Below, piece by piece: positions 1 through 7,172 of a stretch of 64,000 bases of DNA (its first letter is position 1; each line of letters begins with the position of its first letter). Made by a program: the position numbers and the translations under genes. The stretch lies in NCBI GenBank assembly GCA_963828495.1, contig CAWHFJ010000011.1:32623-96622 (forward strand), written 5' to 3'. The stretch is from Candidatus Omnitrophota bacterium (GTDB lineage Bacteria; Omnitrophota; Gorgyraeia; Zapsychrales; Fredricksoniimonadaceae). Below the pieces are notes generated by a model. It saw only the letters and a list, made by a program, of their open reading frames with translations, was not told where the DNA came from and made no database searches.

Positions 1-1096
1 CATAAAAGTCGGCAATTTTATTCAGCATCATCCCCAGGTTTCCTGTCGACTCTCCGACCGATATCATATAGGTCACATCCTTGGCAAATTCCCGTCGAGC
101 CATAAGCGCCGTATGGATACCTTCACCCTTCTCTACACTATCGTACACTGTCTCCACAATCTCCACAAACACGGCATTTTCCAGGACCTGCTCCAATATT
201 TTAAAACTCTGCAGCAGAGGGACACCGGTATCAAGCATAGCCGCCAGGGTACGGCAAAAACGCGCCACCAAAATCTTTTTAATTAAAGAACCGACCAGAG
301 GCAGCCGGAGCACAAAACGGTCAAAAAAATCCTTGCCTATCTTTGTTTCCAAAAATACTTTAACACCAAAAAACACCCCTATCAACACAGGAATATAATA
401 AAACGGATATTGTCTGATCCAAAGCCCTGCCGCATAAAGCATCCGGGTGGGAAGAGGCAAAGGGACGTTGGCCTTGGTAAAAATCTGCACAAATTGAGGC
501 ATAAGAAAAGTAATAATAAGCACCACAATGCTTATACACGCCGTCAATAAGACAATCGGATAAATCATCATCCCCCTGATAGTCTGCCTTAAATTATCCT
601 GTTTTTCTAAATAGACAGCCATGTCTTTTAACACTTTGGACAAAGTCCCGGACATTTCCCCCGAACGCATCATGTTGACAAAAAAATTAGAAAAAACATC
701 AGGGAAAAAGACCAAACTTGCAGAAAATGAAGAGCCATCAGATATGTGCTGGCTCACTTGACGCACGACGGCGGCCAATTTCGGGTTGGTCAACTGTTCA
801 CCTGTAATATTAAGCGCGTTCAATAAAGGGATCCCCGCATCGGTCATGCTTGAAAGATTAGTGCAAAAAATCATCAGATCCCGCGGCTTTACTCGAGGAG
901 AACCGAACGCCATATTCCCAGATAACACAGGAGAAGCTTTTCTTTTAACTTCAGGAGGGTTGTGGTGACTGACGGCGATGGGGGTGTACTGTTTCTGGCG
1001 CAATTGGTTAATAACATCCTGCGGGGAGTCCCCTGTTATCTCGCCTGCCACCAACCCACCGGTATTATTTCTCGCTTTATAAGAATATAGTGTCAT
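1..1096 (-). CDS. Inner-membrane platform protein of type II secretion / type IV pilus systems (GspF/PilC family); 3' end runs off the window
   Basis: Not in the ORF track because it is open at the window edge. Own translation of the minus strand from ATG at 1096..1094: MTLYSYKARNNTGGLVAGEITGDSPQDVINQLRQKQYTPIAV...MIFCTNLSSMTDAGIPLLNALNI...FFVNMMRSGEMSGTL... A second repeat follows: FCRTLAAMLDTGVPLLQSFKILE...ISVGESTGNLGMML. This is the duplicated T2SSF-domain pattern with hydrophobic helices between the repeats. Confidence 0.85.
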   Translation of the reverse strand, partial: MTLYSYKARNNTGGLVAGEITGDSPQDVINQLRQKQYTPIAVSHHNPPEVKRKASPVLSGNMAFGSPRVKPRDLMIFCTNLSSMTDAGIPLLNALNITGEQLTNPKLAAVVRQVSQHISDGSSFSASLVFFPDVFSNFFVNMMRSGEMSGTLSKVLKDMAVYLEKQDNLRQTIRGMMIYPIVLLTACISIVVLIITFLMPQFVQIFTKANVPLPLPTRMLYAAGLWIRQYPFYYIPVLIGVFFGVKVFLETKIGKDFFDRFVLRLPLVGSLIKKILVARFCRTLAAMLDTGVPLLQSFKILEQVLENAVFVEIVETVYDSVEKGEGIHTALMARREFAKDVTYMISVGESTGNLGMMLNKIADFY

Positions 1097-1110
1097 TTTA
1101 ATAGATTAAG

Positions 1111-1130
1111 ATTCCCGCTTTCGCGGGAAT
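1111..1130. other. Perfect 8-bp stem / 4-nt loop hairpin in the spacer between the ATPase and platform genes
   Basis: ATTCCCGC-TTTC-GCGGGAAT read directly at 1111..1130, between the ATPase stop (1149) and the platform gene start (1096). There is no U-tract, so an intra-operon RNA processing or stability element is more likely than a terminator. Confidence 0.4.
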
Positions 1131-1148
1131 GACAAAAATGGAATTAAA

Positions 1149-2777
1149 TTATTCATCCTGGGTCATTTGATACACTTCTTCTTTGGTCGTAAGTCCCTGG
1201 GTAACTTTTTCCATACCATTATCCCGCAGGCTTTTCATGCCGGCCGCTAAAGCCGTGTGATGAATTTCTTCACTGGAAGCTTTCTTGAGAATCAAGGAAC
1301 GGATTTTCTCATCAAACTCAAGCAACTCACAAATACTGGTACGCCCTTTATAGCCGGTCATCAAACAAGCCGTACAGCCGCCACCGCCACACTCCTTACA
1401 TTTTAAACGGACCAATCGCTGGGCCAGGACACCGATAATCGAAGATGCCAGTAAAAAAGGTTCAACCCCTATATCCAAAAGACGGGTCACGGCCCCGGCC
1501 GCATTATTCGTGTGTAAAGTCGCCAACACCAGATGACCGGTTAAAGCCGCCTGTATCGCAATTTGAGAGGTCTCTGCGTCGCGGATCTCTCCGATCATAA
1601 TGACATCAGGGTCCTGTCTTAATATGGCACGCAAACCATTGGCGAATGTTAAATCCACCTTAGGGTTGACCTGCGTCTGGCGAATACCCGGCAGACGGTA
1701 TTCCACAGGGTCTTCAATCGTCACAATCGAAAGCTGCGGGTCATTGATCGTGCTGATAGCCGAATACAACGTCGTCGTCTTACCGCTTCCGGTCGGTCCT
1801 GTGACTAAAATAATCCCGTTAGGCCTCTCTAACAGACCGCGGAATTTAGTTAACATCGGCTCCTGAAAACCAATCTGCTCAAGGCCTAACCGTATATTGC
1901 CGGTATCCAAAAGCCGCAGGACAATATTTTCTCCATAAACTGTCGGCATAGATGAAACGCGGATATCGATACGTTTGTTTTCTACCCTCATTTGAATACG
2001 TCCATCCTGGGGCTTGCGCAGCTCCGAGATGTCTAACTTTGATATAATTTTGATGCGCGAGATAATCGCCGCTTGATATTGTTTCGGCGGAGAGGTCTGC
2101 AGATGCAGGACCCCATCAATTCTAAACCGGATAGCCAATGAATTTTCTTCCGGCTCCACATGAATGTCGGAAGCATCTTCACTGACGGCCTTGGTAATCA
2201 TGGAATTGACAAAAGCCACTACCGGGGCCCCTTCGATAAGATCATTGGAACGCGAAATATTAATTTCTTCCGCCTCTAGCGCCGCTTTCTGTGGAGAAAT
2301 TTCAGCATTCTTTAAAATCCCCTCCATCTCCCCTTTAGGCGCATAAAATTGATCGATCGCCTTCTTTATTTCATCCTCGGTCGCAATAGCCGGATCAATC
2401 GTCAAGCCTGTTCTTGAGGCCAGATCATCCTGTACATAAATATTAAAAACATCGACCATGGCACAGGTCAAGCTATTGCCTATTTTTAATACCGGCATGA
2501 CCAAATGTTTACGCGCCAGTTCTTCGGGGACAAGCTTGACCACCTGGGGATCAATCAGTAAATATTCCAACTCGATACGCGGGACATCCGTATGGCCGGT
2601 AATAAATGCCACCATCTTATCCTGCGGTATAAACCCGAGTCTGGGTAAAACTTTAAAAATAGAATCGCCTGTTTTTTGCTGCTCAATCTTGGCCGCTGCC
2701 AATTGAGACTGGGAAATAATCCCTTTCTCCAGCAAAAGCTCATCCATCGATTTTTTACCGTATGTATTCATGAACAA
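1149..2777 (-). CDS. GspE/PilB-family secretion ATPase (type II secretion / type IV pilus assembly)
   Basis: 542-aa ORF. It has an N-terminal T2SSE_N-like segment (LLLEKGIISQSQLAAAKIEQ), Walker A GPTGSGKTTT, an Asp box (IMIGEIRD), a His box (LVLATLHTN) and a Cys cluster (CKECGGGGCTAC). Confidence 0.9.
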   Translation of the reverse strand: MFMNTYGKKSMDELLLEKGIISQSQLAAAKIEQQKTGDSIFKVLPRLGFIPQDKMVAFITGHTDVPRIELEYLLIDPQVVKLVPEELARKHLVMPVLKIGNSLTCAMVDVFNIYVQDDLASRTGLTIDPAIATEDEIKKAIDQFYAPKGEMEGILKNAEISPQKAALEAEEINISRSNDLIEGAPVVAFVNSMITKAVSEDASDIHVEPEENSLAIRFRIDGVLHLQTSPPKQYQAAIISRIKIISKLDISELRKPQDGRIQMRVENKRIDIRVSSMPTVYGENIVLRLLDTGNIRLGLEQIGFQEPMLTKFRGLLERPNGIILVTGPTGSGKTTTLYSAISTINDPQLSIVTIEDPVEYRLPGIRQTQVNPKVDLTFANGLRAILRQDPDVIMIGEIRDAETSQIAIQAALTGHLVLATLHTNNAAGAVTRLLDIGVEPFLLASSIIGVLAQRLVRLKCKECGGGGCTACLMTGYKGRTSICELLEFDEKIRSLILKKASSEEIHHTALAAGMKSLRDNGMEKVTQGLTTKEEVYQMTQDE

Positions 2778-2786
2778 CGCTCTCTA

Positions 2787-3173
2787 TTAAACCTTAAGCA
2801 ATTCGCGGACCTTCTGGGTAAAAACCGAGACATTCAGAGGTTTGTTACAAAACGCATTGGCCCCCACCTGTTCAGCACTCTTTTTGACGGATTCCTCGGC
2901 GGAAGCGGTGAAAATAATGACAGGGATATGGCGATAACGCTTATCGGCCTTGATCAAAGCACAAGCTTTCATGCCATCCATTTTAGGCATCATCTGGTCT
3001 AAGATGATCAAATCGACCGAACTTTGCTTGATTGTAGCTAAAGCTTCCTGACCATCCCCGGCTTTAAGGACTTGAAGATCCATACCCTCAAGGACCTTCG
3101 ACATCAAAAGTACTTCCTTGATATCATCATCCACGACGAGCACCTTTTTCTTTGCCGTTTCGTTGGGTATCAT
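2787..3173 (-). CDS. Stand-alone response regulator receiver domain (CheY/PilH-like)
   Basis: ORF 2787..3215 trimmed to the ATG at 3173 (MIPNETAKKKVLVVDDD), which avoids overlap with the secretin stop at 3175. Receiver motifs are VVDDD, the acceptor Asp in LIILDQMMPKMDG, IIFTA and NKP. There is no output domain. Confidence 0.85.
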   Translation of the reverse strand: MIPNETAKKKVLVVDDDIKEVLLMSKVLEGMDLQVLKAGDGQEALATIKQSSVDLIILDQMMPKMDGMKACALIKADKRYRHIPVIIFTASAEESVKKSAEQVGANAFCNKPLNVSVFTQKVRELLKV

Positions 3174-3174
3174 A

Positions 3175-5004
3175 TTATTTCTTCCCCCCTCTGTCATCCA
3201 AAGGCACACACTCATTAACCATACTTTCGGCCTCTTTCATATACGGACTTCTGGGGACATCCTCTTCCATCTTGATGAGGGTTTTGTCCCCCGCCGCACA
3301 ATCCCCAAATTCTTTTACATAAATATAAACTATTCTGTACCAACAAAATCCGGCTTCACTCGATTGGGGGAATTCCTCTAAGATCATCCTGTAAGTTTTG
3401 ATCTGCTCCTCGCTGATGTTAAGGTTTTGGGCGGAATCTTTAGATTTATCCTCATCCAATCCTTTGGCATAATCCAGAAGCCCTTTAATCAGATTGCTGT
3501 CCTGGCCTCTTTTATTGTTATCCGACAACACAACGGGCGGCGCCATCGAGACGATATGGGGAGTGATCAACACCGTCAAGGTCCCATCGTTGACCAATGA
3601 AGAATCATGATGGAAAAACCAGCCTATAATAGGGATCGACATAATCCATGGCGTGCCGTTTTTCGTCAGGTTGGTATTCCTGCTATCCAGCCCTCCGATC
3701 ACTATCGTTTCGTTGTTTCTGACCCTGACCTCCGTCGAAGCCGAGGTCGTGGCAATATCCGGATTGCCATTGACAAGACCGATGAGCGAAGACACTTCCG
3801 GCTCGACTTTTAAAGTGATCCACCCGTCAGGAGAGACAAACGGCGTAACCTTGAGCTTGGTGCCGATATCAATATATTGCGTCTGGGTCTGGTTAACCAC
3901 ACTGCCGCCGGTCCCCCCCGCCGTAGACGTCGAGGACACATACGGATAGTGGTCTCCGATCAAAATGCTCGCTTCATGGCCATTCAAGGTGGCAATGGAC
4001 GGAGACGCTATCACGCGCGCCTTATTCTCGGTCACCAAAGCATTGATGGCCAGAACCGGAGAAAAATGTTTCCAGTTACCTAACAAACTGGATACACTCC
4101 CGTCGGAGGTGTTGCCTGTAACTTGTGTCGTGGTACCTGTACCGGAAGCCACCGTACCCGTAGAAGTACTCGTACCTGTAGTACCGGAAGAATTAGACGT
4201 ATTAAGAGCGTTTGTATTAGTCGTATTAAGGGTATTCTCAATAGTCCGGGTTGCTCCCGAGAGCAAACTCACACCCATCCCGGTAGAAGGGCTATACGTG
4301 AAATTCATGGTGGCACCGATGTCCTTAGAGTATTGTTTCGAAATATTCACGATCTTGGCATCGATCATAACCTGTAAGGGCGGCACGTCAATGCCCTTGA
4401 GATAGGACTTGATTAACTGCATATCCACAGGATTAGCGGTGACGACCAGGGCATTAGTGTCCTCATTTTCCTGAATAGTCCCCTTAAATTTGGTCTTGGC
4501 TGTGCTTAATAAAGTTTTGGCTTCTTTAATGGTCAAAAAACTTAACGGCAATGTTTCAGTCGCCTGATCAAGCTCCTCCTGGGGACAGACATAAACAATA
4601 CCCCCCTTGCGCATAAACCCGTAATTATGCACACTCAAAATCGCATTTAAAGCATCATCCAGAGAAAAATCCTTCAATTTCGCGGAAATCTTGCCTTCTA
4701 AATTTTTGGTTATAATAATATTGATGTTATAAGAATAGGCTATCGCTTTAAGAACGTCCGTCAGGTCCGCATTGATGTAATCTAAAGAAATCAATTTTGG
4801 GCCCGATACAGTGACCTTCTGGTCGGATTGTTGCGATTGCACGGAGTCCGGAGAAATAATCTCTAAAGACGACGAGCCCCCATTGGGCACAACAGGCTCA
4901 TCGGCAAATAAAGTCAACGGCCCTAAAAATAACATTAGAACCAGACTTATAATAAAATAATATCTTAATGTCCGGCGCAGAGACATCCTCCGAATAAAAG
5001 GCAT
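3175..5004 (-). CDS. Secretin (GspD/PilQ family) with a low-complexity insertion and a C-terminal extension
   Basis: ORF 3175..5049, with the start placed at ATG 5004 (MPFIRRMSLRRTLRYYFIISLV, signal-like). The N-domain shows LISLDYINADLTDVLKAIA. The secretin core shows VIASPSIATLNGHEASILIG, TKLKVTPFVSPDGWITLKVEPEVSS, IVIGGL, PIIGWFF and LTVLITPHIV. Confidence 0.85.
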   Translation of the reverse strand: MPFIRRMSLRRTLRYYFIISLVLMLFLGPLTLFADEPVVPNGGSSSLEIISPDSVQSQQSDQKVTVSGPKLISLDYINADLTDVLKAIAYSYNINIIITKNLEGKISAKLKDFSLDDALNAILSVHNYGFMRKGGIVYVCPQEELDQATETLPLSFLTIKEAKTLLSTAKTKFKGTIQENEDTNALVVTANPVDMQLIKSYLKGIDVPPLQVMIDAKIVNISKQYSKDIGATMNFTYSPSTGMGVSLLSGATRTIENTLNTTNTNALNTSNSSGTTGTSTSTGTVASGTGTTTQVTGNTSDGSVSSLLGNWKHFSPVLAINALVTENKARVIASPSIATLNGHEASILIGDHYPYVSSTSTAGGTGGSVVNQTQTQYIDIGTKLKVTPFVSPDGWITLKVEPEVSSLIGLVNGNPDIATTSASTEVRVRNNETIVIGGLDSRNTNLTKNGTPWIMSIPIIGWFFHHDSSLVNDGTLTVLITPHIVSMAPPVVLSDNNKRGQDSNLIKGLLDYAKGLDEDKSKDSAQNLNISEEQIKTYRMILEEFPQSSEAGFCWYRIVYIYVKEFGDCAAGDKTLIKMEEDVPRSPYMKEAESMVNECVPLDDRGGKK

Positions 5005-5097
5005 ATTTTTACGTATTATTATTCTATGGATATATTGATTTATAAACAAGAATAAACTGGAATATTTTAGGATAGGAATTAGGCTCGGCAGGGGAAA

Positions 5098-5595
5098 CTA
5101 TATCTCTTGCCTGGTGCCATAGACCAGGGACAGCCCAATGGCGCCGTTTAGTTGAGTCACCTCTTCTTGAACGGTCCGGATCAGGCCATTATAAGCACTG
5201 GATGATGTGATTTGAATTTTATTACCTGCGGTCACAACCCATATCGTATAACTTGAAAATCCTCCATCCAGCGATTCCTGACAGGGCAAAGTTGGAGTCA
5301 GCGTACACGAGGCAGGCAAAGTCCCTGCCGGCGCATAATTCCCGGCCGAAGCAGGATAAGGCGTTGTGCGCCAGGAGGCATTCGTTGTCCCATCAGGAGC
5401 TGTATTTCTTAAATAATACACCGCTTTGTTCGCCCCCGCTTCCGCAAGATATAACGCCTGGGTGCTACTAACCAGGGCACTGGCATTAGTGCTGTTGACC
5501 ATGACCATATTAATAAACAGCGAGGACAAAATCGTCAGGCAAATCATAAACATCAAGGTCATCAACAAAACACTGCCCCTGGATTTGTCAGGCAT
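5098..5595 (-). CDS. Minor pseudopilin-like protein (GspK/PilX-type, no Glu5)
   Basis: 165 aa. It has a short basic N-terminus followed by a hydrophobic helix (RGSVLLMTLMFMICLTILSSLF) and lacks the Glu5 of canonical pilins. It is the last gene of the pseudopilin run. Confidence 0.5.
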   Translation of the reverse strand: MPDKSRGSVLLMTLMFMICLTILSSLFINMVMVNSTNASALVSSTQALYLAEAGANKAVYYLRNTAPDGTTNASWRTTPYPASAGNYAPAGTLPASCTLTPTLPCQESLDGGFSSYTIWVVTAGNKIQITSSSAYNGLIRTVQEEVTQLNGAIGLSLVYGTRQEI

Positions 5596-5599
5596 ATGG

Positions 5600-6721
5600 C
5601 TAATTCCCTATCCCCGCATTATAAAGTTGGGACACTTCACTGGCGGACAAAACCCGGTTATAAATACGGACGTCGTCTATGGAACCGTTAAAAGGAATGG
5701 CGGTCCCGCTATTGGACATCCCTATAGTTAAGGCATGAGCGCTTATCGTAGTAATTAACGCCGCCGTAGCCGTTGCGACAGAAACCCCGTTAACATAAAA
5801 AGTCACCGCCCCCCCGGAGCCCAACGTCACGACAACATGGGTCCAGACATTATTGGGAATACTTAAAGCGCTCGATGTCACCGATTGACTGGTATTATAA
5901 CTAAATGTTAATGCAGGTCCCGCAGGGGCCAACTCTAAACCATATTCCCTGTCTGTCCCCCAGTTACCATATTCTACGATCGCCTGATTACTAGCCGCAT
6001 TGCTCGGGTTTATCCAGGCTGACAATGTTATTGTACCTGTCACTTGCAGGGAAGAGCTGCCGGAAACACTCACATACTGACTATCGGCACTATTAAAACT
6101 CATCGCCCCGTTAATGGGGTCTGAGGCGATGGCTCCTGTTGTCCACGTCGGAGAATTAAAACACATCCCTATGTTATTATTACCGCTGGACTCTGTAAGC
6201 ACCACACCCAAACACGTCCCTGATGTTGCTTCATCAAATTGCCACCAGCCCGCCAGTCCAATGGGCATATTTCTGGGCATAATATTATTTTGCAGGCGGA
6301 CACTTGTCCCGTTTTGCACAGCGGTCATATCAATGGTCACCAGACCATTGCTGCAGGTAAAAATATTAACTACACTCGCGCCCGGGGTCTGTATGCCTGT
6401 GGCCCTGGTCACTCCCCCATCGGTCACTAAATTCGAACCGCTTAACGCAAAGGTATAGGACGCCAGTCCGCTGCCTAAATTAGCGGTAAATGTTAAAGAA
6501 GTCGAGGAACATGACGTAATACTTTGGGCGTTAGACAATTCTCTGGCCATCAGGTCCATCGCCTGGGAAAGTTTGGTCCTTATAGTAATGCGATCCTGGC
6601 CGGAATCAAAAGCGCGAAAGCATGTCAGGTAGGCGAACATGATGCCGACAACCAAGAGCCCCACCAGGACCATGGCCATGAGCATTTCAAGAATGGTAAA
6701 ACCTCTTTGGGGCGTCATCAT
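5600..6721 (-). CDS. Pseudopilin with a C-terminal LamG (concanavalin-A-like lectin) domain
   Basis: 373 aa. Prepilin signal QRG|FTILEMLMAMVLVGLLVV with Glu5. The C-terminal part shows the LamG_3 pattern NVWTHVVVT...VTFYVNGV...FNGSIDDVRIYNRVLSASEV. Confidence 0.8.
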   Translation of the reverse strand: MMTPQRGFTILEMLMAMVLVGLLVVGIMFAYLTCFRAFDSGQDRITIRTKLSQAMDLMARELSNAQSITSCSSTSLTFTANLGSGLASYTFALSGSNLVTDGGVTRATGIQTPGASVVNIFTCSNGLVTIDMTAVQNGTSVRLQNNIMPRNMPIGLAGWWQFDEATSGTCLGVVLTESSGNNNIGMCFNSPTWTTGAIASDPINGAMSFNSADSQYVSVSGSSSLQVTGTITLSAWINPSNAASNQAIVEYGNWGTDREYGLELAPAGPALTFSYNTSQSVTSSALSIPNNVWTHVVVTLGSGGAVTFYVNGVSVATATAALITTISAHALTIGMSNSGTAIPFNGSIDDVRIYNRVLSASEVSQLYNAGIGN

Positions 6722-6722
6722 T

Positions 6723-7127
6723 TTAAGACGGTTGCGCCAATAACGTCGTTAAAGAAACTGAACTTTGCATCAAACCCAGCTGCCAGGAAACATACACTGT
6801 GACTTGTGTGGTCGGATTGCTATTAGTACCGCTTGCGGAAGGCAAAAAAGTCACCTGCCTGGAATAGTTCGCAAAACTTCCCGTCAGCGGGTTGAGCCCT
6901 GTAGGAAAATTTGTCGTGTTAATATTCGCATACGGAGTATTTTTAATGGTCTCCATCTCTTCCTGGGCCAAATTCAAAGCGATGGCTTGTCCCTCTATGG
7001 AACTGTCGGTATATACGCCGGCGGCCATAGCACTGACAACAGCCACCACCCCGAAAACAATCAGGACTGTGGCGAGCAAAACTTCGAGGAGAGTAAAACC
7101 TTTCTTATCCGGGGGAAAATACTTCAT
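6723..7127 (-). CDS. Minor pseudopilin (GspI/PilV-size) with a prepilin N-terminal methylation motif
   Basis: 134 aa. KKG|FTLLEVLLATVLIVFGVV with Glu5. Confidence 0.75.
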   Translation of the reverse strand: MKYFPPDKKGFTLLEVLLATVLIVFGVVAVVSAMAAGVYTDSSIEGQAIALNLAQEEMETIKNTPYANINTTNFPTGLNPLTGSFANYSRQVTFLPSASGTNSNPTTQVTVYVSWQLGLMQSSVSLTTLLAQPS

Positions 7128-7172
7128 GACAATTATTTCAATTGATATGACGAACTTCTCGCACTATTTATC

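Noticed and set aside
1149-2777. c-di-GMP-binding MshEN motif in the N-terminus of the GspE-like ATPase.
   Set aside because: The segment SMDELLLEKGIISQSQLAAAKIEQQ matches the hydrophobic and Gly/Gln positions. It lacks the leading Arg-Leu-Gly of the RLGxx(L/V/I)(L/V/I)xxG... motif, so binding cannot be claimed from sequence alone.
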